The notes: generated by a model not told the origin, from the sequence alone. Positions 47,439 through 58,075 are shown, counted from the stretch's first letter. The stretch is DNA of 64,000 nucleotides from Candidatus Latescibacterota bacterium (GCA_965203805.1 OZ241917.1:864001-928000); one strand, 5' to 3'. Program-made: numbers and translations.

Positions 47439-49304
47439 CTATTCAAAGGTCCACGTCCCAAAGTTCTCGAACTCCACGCCCCGGTTGTAACGGGTCTCCG
47501 TCCAGGTGCTGAACTCGAGCACCCGGGTCGTCTGGCGGCGGTGCGTCCACCGGTGCAGGTTGCCCTGGAGCCGGTCGCCCGGCTTCGGCGTCGCCATGCC
47601 CAGCGCCGCCCACGGAATGGCGATTTCAGCCGACCACGAATCCGCCTGCTTCCGGGCAGCGGTCAGATACTCCCCTTTCCAGGTGGAATCCCGTCCGTAG
47701 ATCTCCCTACCGGTGGCGATATCGCTTCCGTGTTCCTTTTGCCCGGTCTCCGTCCGCGAGTCCCAGCGCGCGTTCGCCAGGTCCAGCCGAATGTGGTAGT
47801 AGGCCGTCGGCGCCTCGTACGCGGCTATGACCACCTCCACCTGATCGGCCCGGCCTCCGAGTTCGGTGAACAGCGTGGGATGGGTGTGTTGCATTTCCGG
47901 TTCGTCACAGCGGAATCCGATGTACAGCGTCCCATCGTCAAAGGTCAAAAACGCTTCAGTAACGGTTTCCAACTCCCTCGCGCGCGCCGCGACGTAATTG
48001 ACGAAGGCTCCCGTCGTCGCCGCCCGTTTCCACGCCTCGTCCGACAGATCCCCGTCGATGTCCGGCGGGGCGGCGCGCAGGCGCGGGATGTGCAGCATCT
48101 TCGGTTGAATCGGCCGTTTCTCGGCGTTTGTCTTTCCCAGGTGGCCTTTCCGGACAATCTCATCCACGTCGAATCCCAGCGGCCTGCCCTGCGCGACCTT
48201 CTCCTTTGCGGACCTGAGGGCGCCATCCAGAAAGCCTGGCAGGTTCCGCCCGTTCCACCAGTCCATGCGCTCGCTGTAGAACCACACGTACCGGTCGCTG
48301 CTTGTGAGCGCCCAGTAGGCATTGTATTCCACCCATCGCGCCCGTTCTTCGGGCGTGACGTAGGTCGCTTCCGTATGGTTCTCCATGGTTCCGCACAGGT
48401 AGTCGGCAAAAACGGCGTGCCCGGCCTGGACCTGACGGCGGTACTTGGCGCGAAGGAACCGTGGAATCAGCGTCTGCCCCGTCTGCCGGATGCGGTGGTA
48501 CGCCCGGAAATAGTGCGACTCGCGGTTGTAGTAATAGGATTGCTCGTCTCCGTCCACAAAAACGGTTCCGGAATCGGCGGCCTCGAGCATCCCGTTCATG
48601 AACGCGGGAAGGAGGCCGTAGTAATCCGACTTGAGAATGGCTTCCCGCCTGGAAGGGTCGGTCTCCCGCGCGGCCTCCTGGAAACGAGGCATTGAAGTCC
48701 AGAAGAGGGTGAGAATCACCGGATCGGGAAGTTCCTCTTCGATACGTTCCATATACTGCGCGCCCCGTTTCCGAACAATCTGCTCGTACTCGGCAAAGCT
48801 CCTCATCCCCCTGTGCTTCTGCCACTCGTACTTCCACGCGGAATACGGCCGGCCCCAGTAGACGAATTCCGGATCGAAAGCGAGTCCCACGCAGCCGCCC
48901 ACCCGCGCGGCCTTCGCGCACCAGCCGATATTGCGCAGGAAGGGGCTGTTTTCACCCCACAGCGCATCGTCGAACCAGTCCACGTTGTCGTCGCAGTGGA
49001 AGTAGATGAAGTTGTCGGTGAACGTCCGCCACTCGATTCTCCCCATCGCTTCGATCTCCGCCTCGGCGGCCGTATCCGGGAGATCCACCATGTAGAACGT
49101 ATGGCCGAAGGTGGGGCGGATGATGATGCCGTCGAAGGGGCGCTTCTCCATATCCCGGATATGCTCCGCAACGTAGGCAGGCGACTTCAGATCCCATCCC
49201 AGCTTGATCAGCTTCTTGGGAACCGCCCCGCCGCATGCCTTCTGCGGCCGGCCGACCAGCAGCACGAAAACCAGCGAGCATACGATCGCGACCAACTGTA
49301 TCAT
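47439..49304 (-). CDS. Secreted protein with C-terminal CBM9/DOMON-like sugar-binding domain
   Basis: Signal-like N-terminus; PDIDGDLSDEAW, LYIGFRC, WSAEIAIPW. Confidence 0.75.
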   Translation of the reverse strand: MIQLVAIVCSLVFVLLVGRPQKACGGAVPKKLIKLGWDLKSPAYVAEHIRDMEKRPFDGIIIRPTFGHTFYMVDLPDTAAEAEIEAMGRIEWRTFTDNFIYFHCDDNVDWFDDALWGENSPFLRNIGWCAKAARVGGCVGLAFDPEFVYWGRPYSAWKYEWQKHRGMRSFAEYEQIVRKRGAQYMERIEEELPDPVILTLFWTSMPRFQEAARETDPSRREAILKSDYYGLLPAFMNGMLEAADSGTVFVDGDEQSYYYNRESHYFRAYHRIRQTGQTLIPRFLRAKYRRQVQAGHAVFADYLCGTMENHTEATYVTPEERARWVEYNAYWALTSSDRYVWFYSERMDWWNGRNLPGFLDGALRSAKEKVAQGRPLGFDVDEIVRKGHLGKTNAEKRPIQPKMLHIPRLRAAPPDIDGDLSDEAWKRAATTGAFVNYVAARARELETVTEAFLTFDDGTLYIGFRCDEPEMQHTHPTLFTELGGRADQVEVVIAAYEAPTAYYHIRLDLANARWDSRTETGQKEHGSDIATGREIYGRDSTWKGEYLTAARKQADSWSAEIAIPWAALGMATPKPGDRLQGNLHRWTHRRQTTRVLEFSTWTETRYNRGVEFENFGTWTFE

Positions 49305-49392
49305 TTCGGGACCCCTTGTCTGCCCGATCAAAGGAAGACTCTCAAAAAACAAGGGTTTACGTCGGATTGACATAAACCCTTGTTTCAAAAAA

Positions 49393-49469
49393 TGGTCGGG
49401 GCGCCCGGATTCGAACCGGGGGCCTCCTGCTCCCGAAGCAGGCGCTCTACCGGACTGAGCCACGCCCCG
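49393..49469 (-). tRNA. tRNA-Pro(CGG)
   Basis: CGGGGCGTGGCTCAG...CGG anticodon...GTTCGAATCC...GACCA; downstream hairpin at 49347-49385. Confidence 0.97.
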
Positions 49470-49601
49470 TATTCAACACTAAAAATACAAGAATCCGTTC
49501 TGGCAGCAAGGAAATTCTCCAATTCGACTCTCACGGACAGGGGACCGGAAAATGAACACGTCTTCGCCATGGACGCAGCCAAAGCGGTTTGCCCCTTCAA
49601 T

Positions 49602-50540
49602 TCAGCGGCGGTATTCCGCCAGCCGGTCCAGAACGACCACAAGCGCGAAACCCGCGATGGCCAGTCCCGCGGCGGCGGCCAAATCACCGTCGATCGTTCC
49701 GGGCAGGACGTTTATCTCCGCGAGCGGTACTTCAATTCCGTTCGCGTCCGGATGCGGCATGACGTTCTCTTTCCAGGGCCAGATCTTCCGCAATGAACCG
49801 GCCATGAACCCTGTCAGCGTTGCGATAGTCAGGTCATGCTGCCGCCTGAAGATCCAGGCAAGAACCCTCGCGAAACTCAGAATTCCGACCGCGGCTCCCG
49901 CAGCGAATACGACGATGGGGACAATGTCCCGGTTGTTCAACGCCGCCAGGAAATATTCGTACTTGCCCAGCAGCACCAGAATGAACGATCCGGAGATGCC
50001 AGGCAGAATCATCGCCGAAATGGCCACAACCCCGCAGACGAAGAGAAACCACGGAGAATCCGGCGTCGTCACCGGCACGAGGCCGGCAACAACGTAGAAT
50101 AACATTCCCGCGGCAAGCGCGGCGATCCAGGTTGGTCCACGCCACGCCACAACCCGTTTCCTCACGACGAATACGGAGGCGACCACGAGCCCGAAGAAAA
50201 ACGCCCAGATCAACTCCGGACGATGTTGGAGCATCCACTGAATCCCGCGTGCAAGTGTCACCACGGCCAACAGGATGCCAATGAGAACCGTGCCCAGGAA
50301 TCGCCATGGAATCCTGTTGAACGCTTCGCGGAACTTGAGAACAAACAGCAATCTGGCAAAACGACGATCAACGGAACGGATTGAATGGATCAGCTCCTGG
50401 TAAATTCCCGTAACGAACGCGATTGTGCCGCCTGAAACGCCGGGAACCACATCGGCCGCGCCCATACATACGCCCCGCAGGCCGAGTCCGAGATAGTACC
50501 TCCAGCCCGCACGCGCAAATGTGTGTCCGTTACCTTCCAC
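49602..50540 (-). CDS. DUF368-family membrane protein
   Basis: GAADVVPGVSGGT, AMILPGISGS, GSLRKIWPWK. Confidence 0.92.
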   Translation of the reverse strand: MEGNGHTFARAGWRYYLGLGLRGVCMGAADVVPGVSGGTIAFVTGIYQELIHSIRSVDRRFARLLFVLKFREAFNRIPWRFLGTVLIGILLAVVTLARGIQWMLQHRPELIWAFFFGLVVASVFVVRKRVVAWRGPTWIAALAAGMLFYVVAGLVPVTTPDSPWFLFVCGVVAISAMILPGISGSFILVLLGKYEYFLAALNNRDIVPIVVFAAGAAVGILSFARVLAWIFRRQHDLTIATLTGFMAGSLRKIWPWKENVMPHPDANGIEVPLAEINVLPGTIDGDLAAAAGLAIAGFALVVVLDRLAEYRR

Positions 50541-50694
50541 CTGTTCCTGGCCTCAAGGAATCCGCCGTTCCAGTTTCGAGAATTTCAGGCTATTCGACAA
50601 TGAAAGGGCGGCGGCCCATGGGCTCCCCGTAGGGCAACACGGTTCGCCACGCGAAAAACAGGGACTCACGATCCAGGTCGTAAGTCCCTGTTTA

Positions 50695-50771
50695 TGGTCG
50701 GAGCGACTGGATTTGAACCAGCGACCCCTATCACCCCAAGATAGTGCGCTACCGGGCTGCGCCACGCTCCG
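50695..50771 (-). tRNA. tRNA-Pro(GGG)
   Basis: CGGAGCGTGGCGCAG...GGG anticodon...GTTCAAATCC...GACCA; promoter TTGACG-17-TAGATT at 50800-50828; hairpin at 50656-50693. Confidence 0.97.
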
Positions 50772-50977
50772 ATCTCAACTCGTTTCGCAACGAGGCGAAA
50801 ATCTAACGGGTCTTGCCATTTCCGTCAAGGGAAATGTTGCGCGTGAAGACCGGGCGCCCCGACCCGGCGTCGCGTCCGGGACGCCAGAGTCCCGAAAAGG
50901 GAACTTGCTGCAGGGCACAGTCCCGAGAACATTCGACCGACCGTCAGCCTGTTTCCGGAACAGCGCCTCAGCGCATC

Positions 50978-52255
50978 TCACTCGGTCTTGTAATAGAGCG
51001 AGTTATAGTACCGTTCGGCAATGACCTTGCACAGGATATTCACAACGGCCGCCCCGGGTATCGCGATGAGCATGCCAATGAATCCCCAGAAGTGGGCGCC
51101 GACAACCAGCGCGGCCATTACCCACACCGGATGCAGCCCTACGCGCTGCCCAACCACGCGTGGAGACAGGAAGTTGCCCTCGATACCCTGAACGACGACG
51201 AATACGCCAATGACCTTGAACAGGCTGCCGATCGGGTCCACGTCTGACAGCGCAACCATACACGAAACGCTGAATGCAACCGCAATTCCTATGTAGGGAA
51301 TCAGATTGAAGAGCCCTGCCATGAGTCCCAACAAGACAGCATATCGGATTCCGAATACCGTTAGACCGGTGGCCGTGAGCACTGCGATAAAGGTGCAGAC
51401 CAGCACCTGCCCGCGCAGGTATTGGCCCAGAACTTCGTCGACCCTCGTGAGTAACTCGCCGGCGGATGCGGCGTGTCGGCGGGGAAGAATCCGCGCCAGG
51501 GTGTGTTTTATGCGCTCGTAGTCCTTAATCATATAAAAGGTCACGAAGGGGATCATCAGAAGTTCCAGGAACGTCGCCAGTCCGGAACTCAATGCCATTA
51601 GCGCAGCCGTCATCTGCTCCGCGAAGAGTTCACCCAACTTCGGCAATTGCTCGAGGAGCACACCTCTGGGCAGCCGCACGCCAAAAGACTGCAACCAGTT
51701 GAGGACTTGATCGTAGAGTGCCTTGAGCATCGCCGCATAGACGGGAACACGACGGCCGAAATCGAGAATTTCCTGCGTCACCCGCGGGATGGCCACAATG
51801 CCGATGCCTGACAGTGCCCCCAGAACAACCACCACGATCAGGGCGATGGCGATCGTTCGGGACATCCAACGCTCCATCAGGCCAACAAGCGGAGACAGCA
51901 AATAAGCCAACACGAACGAGGTAACGAACGGCCAGAATAACCCTGCCATGTCACCCATCAGCCAGGCGCCGAACAGCAAGACCACCACAACCGCCACTCC
52001 CGCTTCGAACCTTACGCCCTTGCTGACCATGACGACGACCGCCAGCAGCGTGAGGCCGATCAGGAACGGGGAAAGGTCCTGGTGGAGCACGTAGAGGAAG
52101 CCAACCAGAAACAAAAGGATGGTCATACGGAAAAACGGCCTGTCACCGGCTAACGCGCCGGATGGCCGTTCGTCCGCGCCCGAACGCTGATCCTCCGCAT
52201 TGCGGCTCGGTTCGTCCCGGCTGTGCCCTTGCTGAGATTTTGATTCCGTTTGCAT
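50978..52255 (-). CDS. AI-2E family transporter
   Basis: LAYLLSP, YLRGQ, NLIPYIG, EGNFLSP.VVG..VGLHP. Confidence 0.9.
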   Translation of the reverse strand: MQTESKSQQGHSRDEPSRNAEDQRSGADERPSGALAGDRPFFRMTILLFLVGFLYVLHQDLSPFLIGLTLLAVVVMVSKGVRFEAGVAVVVVLLFGAWLMGDMAGLFWPFVTSFVLAYLLSPLVGLMERWMSRTIAIALIVVVVLGALSGIGIVAIPRVTQEILDFGRRVPVYAAMLKALYDQVLNWLQSFGVRLPRGVLLEQLPKLGELFAEQMTAALMALSSGLATFLELLMIPFVTFYMIKDYERIKHTLARILPRRHAASAGELLTRVDEVLGQYLRGQVLVCTFIAVLTATGLTVFGIRYAVLLGLMAGLFNLIPYIGIAVAFSVSCMVALSDVDPIGSLFKVIGVFVVVQGIEGNFLSPRVVGQRVGLHPVWVMAALVVGAHFWGFIGMLIAIPGAAVVNILCKVIAERYYNSLYYKTE

Positions 52256-52276
52256 GTCAATGCCCGCAGCCGGCGT

Positions 52277-53125
52277 CTATTCCCCGGGTGCCTGGTCTTT
52301 CTCCTTCGGCAGGACGAGGAACGTCTCCGACTGGAGGTCAATATTGAAGATACGCAGGTACCGGCTGTGGCGGAGTCCGTCCACTTCACCGATCAGTTCC
52401 AGGACGCCGTCGCTGTCGATATCCAGATAGCCGAGCCGGTCTCCGAATCCGTCGGCGAAATACCACTCCACAAGCAGTGTTTCAAGGTCCACGACCACGC
52501 CCGTATTCAATGCCACCTCGAGCCCGTAGTCGTCGTCGAAGTCCGCGATCACCATGCTTTGAGCGTGAATGGATTCTTTCGGAATCACGTCGCTGATGCC
52601 CTGTTCGTACAGTTCCAGGCAGTCATATACATGGACGTGCATCTCGCTGTGGCCCAACCCCTTGACCAGATAGACGAATTCCAGTTGGGGATCGTCGTCT
52701 ACGTTCGCGATCGCCATGTGGATGATGTCTTCCTGGATCTGCCATATGAAACTGTAGTCCTCCGCGCTGTACAATACGATCCGGGTAAAGGTGTAAGCGA
52801 TAATCTCGACCTCCCCGTCCGCATCGACGTCCTCCACAAACACACCGAGGATGGCCGATCCCAGTGACTCGCTCTTCCACTCCTCGTACCCGCGTCCGTC
52901 GACGTACCTTATCGCATGCAGACTCCCGTCCGCGTCGCCGTAGACGACCCTGGGACTGGTACCTTCACCCGGCGGCAGGATACGAATCTGAGGCAATTCA
53001 TCGATGCTGCCACCCCAGTGGAAATGCCGGTTGCCGCGCAAGCCGTACCAGTCGGGGATCTCGGCCTGCGCCGGCGCCTGCGCCGTCAGCCAGAAGAGCG
53101 CTGCAATCCAGGAGCCGTATCGCAT
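52277..53125 (-). CDS. Secreted FG-GAP/VCBS-like repeat protein
   Basis: Signal peptide; repeated DVDADGEVEI / NVDDDPQLE / DIDSDGVLE. Confidence 0.75.
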   Translation of the reverse strand: MRYGSWIAALFWLTAQAPAQAEIPDWYGLRGNRHFHWGGSIDELPQIRILPPGEGTSPRVVYGDADGSLHAIRYVDGRGYEEWKSESLGSAILGVFVEDVDADGEVEIIAYTFTRIVLYSAEDYSFIWQIQEDIIHMAIANVDDDPQLEFVYLVKGLGHSEMHVHVYDCLELYEQGISDVIPKESIHAQSMVIADFDDDYGLEVALNTGVVVDLETLLVEWYFADGFGDRLGYLDIDSDGVLELIGEVDGLRHSRYLRIFNIDLQSETFLVLPKEKDQAPGE

Positions 53126-53127
53126 GT

Positions 53128-54312
53128 CTATCGGTCCTTCAACTCGGAGAGAATTGAAAAAATCTCGGTGTTCGCCCGAATCGCGTCTTCGCCGTCCGGT
53201 ACGGTACGCTGGTGACACGCCAGACACACCTCCCGGAGTTCCAGTTTATGACAACTCGTGCATTCGTTCACATTGCCGTACGGCTCGAAAAACGGCGCTT
53301 CGCGCAAGTGAAAAGCCTCCGCATCGGTGCGCCGCCCCGGGTTTTGATGACCAACCGTGCCGGTAACCCCTTCTCTCTCGTGGCAATCCTGGCAGAATGC
53401 CTTGAGTTTGTGGCATGACGCGCAGTCTCCGATCCTTCCGGAGACTTCCTCTCCATGGTTTCCCCGAAAATCCGATGTGATCGAGATGACCTTAATGTAT
53501 CGCTCGGGCCGCAGACTCTGGTATTCACCGATCAGATCCGGCGTTCCATCGTAATTCACGTCCATGTACCCCATTCGGTCGCATCCGCCGAAGTGCCACT
53601 CGAAGTCGAGGGATCGCGCGTCGATCACGACGCCGGTATTGATGGCGATTTCGAGTTGATCGTCTTCGTCCAGATTGGCGACGACCATGCTCTCGCCGAT
53701 AAGGGTCTGTTCGCCCCTCCGCTCCTCCGCAAGATGCCTTCCGTCGTAAACGAACAGCCGCGAGTCCCGCTCTCCGGAAGCGTCTTCCGCTTCTCCGAGA
53801 AAGATCAACTCCAGCTGCGGATCCCCATCGAGATTCTCAATGGCCATCGTGGAAATCGTGGCGTACTCGTCATCCTTGCTTCGCCAGATCAACTCGTACG
53901 TATCCGCATTGTAAATCACGATATCGCCCCAGTGCGAATAGGCGACGATCTCCTGGATTCCATCGGCATTGACATCCGCAACGAATACCTGCGCCACGGA
54001 TGACTTCAGGGATTGGCCAACCCAGACCTCCCTGGACCGCCCTTCCGTGAACTCGAGCACATGCAAAAGGCCCTGCCGGTCTCCGTAGACCAGACGCTTC
54101 ACCGTATCGGCACCGGCGGGGATGATGCGAACGGTACGCATTTCGGAGAGTGCGCCGCCGAACGCAACGTCCTTTCGCTTCTCCCAGCGGAACCATTCCA
54201 GGTCCCCTGCATGCGCCAGCGTCAGCCCTCCGCACAGACAGGACAGCACCCAGAACAGGTTTCGAGAGAATACGCGCCGCACGCCGGACCTCCGCTCAGA
54301 ACAGGCTGACAT
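53128..54312 (-). CDS. FG-GAP/VCBS-like protein fused to a tetraheme cytochrome c domain
   Basis: Paralog of 52277-53125 plus CASCH, CQDCH, CTSCH and CLACH; start may be slightly downstream. Confidence 0.78.
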   Translation of the reverse strand: MSACSERRSGVRRVFSRNLFWVLSCLCGGLTLAHAGDLEWFRWEKRKDVAFGGALSEMRTVRIIPAGADTVKRLVYGDRQGLLHVLEFTEGRSREVWVGQSLKSSVAQVFVADVNADGIQEIVAYSHWGDIVIYNADTYELIWRSKDDEYATISTMAIENLDGDPQLELIFLGEAEDASGERDSRLFVYDGRHLAEERRGEQTLIGESMVVANLDEDDQLEIAINTGVVIDARSLDFEWHFGGCDRMGYMDVNYDGTPDLIGEYQSLRPERYIKVISITSDFRGNHGEEVSGRIGDCASCHKLKAFCQDCHEREGVTGTVGHQNPGRRTDAEAFHLREAPFFEPYGNVNECTSCHKLELREVCLACHQRTVPDGEDAIRANTEIFSILSELKDR

Positions 54313-55201
54313 CTACGTTGAGATAGCGTTTCGGGTCCTCTTTTATCCCGTTGATGAGGCTGTCTACCGAGGCCAGGGTGCGCCGCAGATCCAGATACAG
54401 GGATTCGTCCTGGACGAGGCGGCCCAGCGTCCCTTCGCCACGGCGCAGCTTCCCGCTCACCTCGTTCAGATCGGACAGAGACGTCCCGAGCGATTCCAAT
54501 ACCGTTTCCATATCGTGCGCTACCCCGTCAAGCCTTTGGGTCATGCGCCGCAAATTCCCGACAGCCTGGCGCACTTCCGGCCTGTTCTCGCCCAGCAGGC
54601 CGCGTGCGTCGCCGGCGGCCATGGCCGCGGTATTCAGAACGGCCGCGAGCGTCTCGCGGTTCTCGGAAAGCGTCTGCTTCAGATGGACGGCGGTACTGTC
54701 CATATTCGCCAGCAGGGCTTCGATGCGGGCGATGTTCCGGTCGGCAAGCACGGCTTCCAGACGCTGCGCCACAGAACCGGCCTGGTCGGCCATCTCTTCA
54801 ATGCCGCCTCCCGACCGTCCCTGCAGCGTGTCGTGATCGGCATAAACCCGCTTGATGTCCGATCCTACCTTGACGTCGATCATTTTGCCCCCCAACAGTC
54901 CCTCGGACTGCAGGAGAACCCTTGAATCTCGCGGAAGACTCCGAATTTCCGCAAAGCCGATACTGACGAGGGGCAACCCGTGAGTAAGTCTGATATCAAG
55001 CACCTTGCCGGCCCAAACGCCGCGGATGAAGACCGGATCGCCGGGTTGCAGCCCGGGTACGCTGTCGAAATACACATGCAACTGATAGCCGCCGGCGGCC
55101 CCCGCGTAATTCTCCGACAGCCAAGCCGCGCCGAGGACGGCAATCGCAATCGCCAGAAAGATGACGGCGCCCAGAACCATCTGTTTTTCTCGACTGATCA
55201 T
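54296..55201 (-). CDS. mlaD: MCE/MlaD-family protein
   Basis: N-terminal TM, GLQPGDPV..RGV..GKV, GLLG, helical tail GTLGRLV. Confidence 0.88.
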   Translation of the reverse strand: MISREKQMVLGAVIFLAIAIAVLGAAWLSENYAGAAGGYQLHVYFDSVPGLQPGDPVFIRGVWAGKVLDIRLTHGLPLVSIGFAEIRSLPRDSRVLLQSEGLLGGKMIDVKVGSDIKRVYADHDTLQGRSGGGIEEMADQAGSVAQRLEAVLADRNIARIEALLANMDSTAVHLKQTLSENRETLAAVLNTAAMAAGDARGLLGENRPEVRQAVGNLRRMTQRLDGVAHDMETVLESLGTSLSDLNEVSGKLRRGEGTLGRLVQDESLYLDLRRTLASVDSLINGIKEDPKRYLNVDVSLF

Positions 55202-55213
55202 TTGTGACTCGCT

Positions 55214-55957
55214 TCAGATTCTTCCCTGAACGAACATGTCATAGACGTCGTTTCCGCTCCTCTCGATTTCATCGGGAGTCCCTTGAATGGCCGTCTTCCC
55301 GTTGTAGAGCAAGGCGATCCGGTCCGAGATCCTGCGGGCAAGCGGCAGATCATGGGTAACCACAACAGAGGTTACGTCCAGCTCGTTCTGAAGTTTCAAT
55401 ATATAGTCGCCCACGACATTGGCGGTACCCGGATCCAAACCCGTCGTTGGCTCGTCATAGAGAATGAAATCCGGCGACATGGCGATCGCCCTTGCCAGCG
55501 CCGCGCGCTTGCGCATGCCGCCGGACAGTTCGACGGGCATCGTCTGCTCCGACCCTGCGAGCCGGACCGCGTCCAGGCATACGCTCACCCGTTCCTCGAT
55601 CTCCCTCTCCGACATCCGGGTATGCATCCGCAGCCCGAACGCCACGTTCTCCTTGACGTTCATTGAGTCGAACAGCGCCGCGGACTGAAACAGGACACCA
55701 ATGCGTTTGCGCAACTCCTTCAGGTCTCTGTTGTTGATGGAATTCATAACGTGACCGTCCACGGTTACCCGTCCGTGATCGGCCTGTTCGATTCCGATAA
55801 TATGCTTGAGCGTCACACTCTTTCCGCACCCGCTGGGGCCCAGAATGGTGGTGACTTCCCCCCAGCGGACCTCCAGGTCCATTCCCTTGAGGACTTCCAG
55901 ATCGTCGAACCGCTTGTGTACGGCATCAAATCTGACGGCAACGCCATTCGTTGACAT
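55214..55957 (-). CDS. mlaF: MlaF-like ABC ATPase
   Basis: GPSGCGKS, FQSAALFDS, LSGGMRKR, YDEPTTGLDP. Confidence 0.92.
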   Translation of the reverse strand: MSTNGVAVRFDAVHKRFDDLEVLKGMDLEVRWGEVTTILGPSGCGKSVTLKHIIGIEQADHGRVTVDGHVMNSINNRDLKELRKRIGVLFQSAALFDSMNVKENVAFGLRMHTRMSEREIEERVSVCLDAVRLAGSEQTMPVELSGGMRKRAALARAIAMSPDFILYDEPTTGLDPGTANVVGDYILKLQNELDVTSVVVTHDLPLARRISDRIALLYNGKTAIQGTPDEIERSGNDVYDMFVQGRI

Positions 55958-56025
55958 TTCTCATCCCATACGACGAATCTGCAGGACAGGGGGAGCCGCA
56001 TGCGGAATGCAGGAAAAATACGCCA

Positions 56026-56799
56026 TCAATAGAGCAACGTCTTTGTCAGGAAGTAGTCGAGGATCAATATCGATGCCGCCGAAATCACCACTGCCGCCGT
56101 CGCAGCGCGGCCGACGCCCTGCGCCCCGCCGGATGCCGACAGCCCGGCGTACGAACCGTAAAAGGTGATCATCCCCCCGTAGACCACAGACTTGATGAGG
56201 CAGACCACCAGATCGTACGAGCTGAAGTCGAGTTTCATCCCTTTTACAAAATCCGCAACTGTGATATCCATGAGAAGAATAGACATCACAAAACCGGAAG
56301 AGATCGACGTGAACGCGGAGAACACCACCAGCACCGGGATCATGACGATGCCGGCGAGAACGCGGGGCATGAGGAGGTAGCCGACCGGATCCACGGCGAG
56401 AGAAACCAGGGCATCAACCTGCTCGGAAACCTTCATGGTGCCCACTTCCGATGCGATGCCCGCGCCCACCTGCCCCGCCAGCACAAGTCCCATGAGAATC
56501 GGCGCGAGTTCCAGCAACACGGAGCGGACAACGATGCTGCCGACCATGTAGTCCGGGACGTAGTCCTCCATCTGGTAGGCCATCATCGTGGATACGGCCA
56601 TACCGCTGAAAGCCGATACAAGGATCACCAGAGACAACGAATTCACGCCAATCGCGTAACATTGTTCGATGACCTGGCGCCTGTAGAAGTAGACGTTCGG
56701 CAATTCACCGAGAAACCGCCGAAAATACCCTGCCATCGAGTGGGTCAGCAGCAGAAAGCGGGCGGTCTTGATGCCCACGAATTGCAGCAATCGCTTCAC
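56026..56799 (-). CDS. mlaE: MlaE-like permease
   Basis: ELAPIL..AGQVG..IASEVGTMKVSEQVDAL, GGAQGVGRA. Confidence 0.92.
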   Translation of the reverse strand: MKRLLQFVGIKTARFLLLTHSMAGYFRRFLGELPNVYFYRRQVIEQCYAIGVNSLSLVILVSAFSGMAVSTMMAYQMEDYVPDYMVGSIVVRSVLLELAPILMGLVLAGQVGAGIASEVGTMKVSEQVDALVSLAVDPVGYLLMPRVLAGIVMIPVLVVFSAFTSISSGFVMSILLMDITVADFVKGMKLDFSSYDLVVCLIKSVVYGGMITFYGSYAGLSASGGAQGVGRAATAAVVISAASILILDYFLTKTLLY

Positions 56800-57124
56800 G
56801 GGATGACTCCGGCAACGGGTTTTGGCGCCGCGCGAAAGCGCGGCTTCGCCACAGGCACTGGCTATCGGACGCAATCGTTCGAGTGCGAAGACGATAACCG
56901 AAGGCCCGCCGGCCGGCGGACAAGAGGCGCCACTCTGTAATTTCGCGCCGGGGCGTCCGGAGAAACCGACAGCCTTTACAGGTTTCGAATCACGCAAGCC
57001 CGCTTGCCATTCGGGAGTTGCTCCCAATGTAACCACTGAATACGGTTGGATCAACGACTTTATGTTTCTCCCGCATCGCCTGCTCCCCGTCCGAAACGAC
57101 GCGCCCGGACGGCCTCCGCAGCAG

Positions 57125-57158
57125 AAAAAAAGCGGGTGGGGAAAACCCCCTAACCCGC
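57125..57158 (-). terminator. Intrinsic terminator after the sigma gene
   Basis: GCGGGT...ACCCGC plus T7. Confidence 0.7.
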
Positions 57159-57186
57159 GTATCCTGGCGCTGCTGCCGACTCGGAA

Positions 57187-58056
57187 TCAGACCTGATCCT
57201 GCCATGCCTCTTCCGCGCGAACACGTTGCCTGAAATACCGGCGCAGTTTGCCCAGGGCGCGATTTCGGATCTGGCGTACGCGTTCACGCGTGACCCCCAG
57301 TTCTTTGCCGATCTCTCCGAGTGTCCTCCGGTCTCCTCCTTCCAGGCCGAAATACGATCGGATCACGTTGGCTTCCCGGGTGTCGAGGCTGCCGGCGAGG
57401 GAAGCGCTGATCAGTTCGGTGCGGTCCCGCTCGAGGACCTCCAGATCCGGGTGGGCATCGTCGCAATCGAGCACCTGCAACAGGGTCTTTTCTCCTTCCG
57501 CGTCGATGGGCGATTCAAGCGAGAGGTCCGTCCGTGCGCATCGAAGCGCCCGTTCCGCGCGCTTTCGACTGATCTTCATGTCACTTGCCACTTCGTCGAC
57601 CGTCGGCACCCGCCCCAACTCCTGAGTCATCTGCCCCCATCGTCGGGCCATGCGATCCATGTCCTCCTGCCGGTTGGCTGGCATGGCCACCGCGGAGGTA
57701 CGTTTCAGCGCGTTCAATATCGCCTGACGAATCCACCAGACGGCGTAGCTGATAAACTTGTAACCCCTGGATTCATCAAACCGGTTCAGGGCTTCCATCA
57801 GACCCATGTTTCCTTCTGCAATCAGGTCCGAGAGCGGAACGCCGCGGCCCTGGTACTCGAGGGCAACGCTCACAACAAATCGCAAGTTGGAGGTGACCAG
57901 TCTCTCGATCGCCTTCGGATCGCCCTTCCGGGCGCGCCTGAGGGTGTCCGTCTCCTCCTTGCGCGTCATCGGCGGATACCGGCGCAGTTCCTTAAGGTAT
58001 CGCTGCACGGAGGCGTCATGGGGCGGACGCTTCTTTGTGGGTTCCTGGAAGTTCAC
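57187..58056 (-). CDS. RNA polymerase sigma-70 factor (short RpoD/RpoS-like)
   Basis: NLRFVVSVA, DLIAEGN.GL, KFISYAVWWIRQ, TRERVRQI. Confidence 0.93.
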   Translation of the reverse strand: MNFQEPTKKRPPHDASVQRYLKELRRYPPMTRKEETDTLRRARKGDPKAIERLVTSNLRFVVSVALEYQGRGVPLSDLIAEGNMGLMEALNRFDESRGYKFISYAVWWIRQAILNALKRTSAVAMPANRQEDMDRMARRWGQMTQELGRVPTVDEVASDMKISRKRAERALRCARTDLSLESPIDAEGEKTLLQVLDCDDAHPDLEVLERDRTELISASLAGSLDTREANVIRSYFGLEGGDRRTLGEIGKELGVTRERVRQIRNRALGKLRRYFRQRVRAEEAWQDQV

Positions 58057-58075
58057 GGCGAGGACCCATTCCTCT

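Noticed and set aside
45313-48695. Long plus-strand ORFs 45313-46857 and 47295-48695 (also 25502-26530, 30996-32144, 60995-62269)
   Set aside because: Antisense shadows of well-supported minus-strand genes in high-GC DNA, with no motifs.
49305-49463. N-terminal extension of ORF 47439-49463, and ORF 50553-50765
   Set aside because: They overlap tRNA-Pro genes and their hairpins.
50850-50864. 15-bp inverted match to the tRNA-Pro(CGG) 3' end (CCGGGCGCCCCGACC)
   Set aside because: Almost all G/C, wrong orientation for an att duplication and no recombinase nearby; probably chance.
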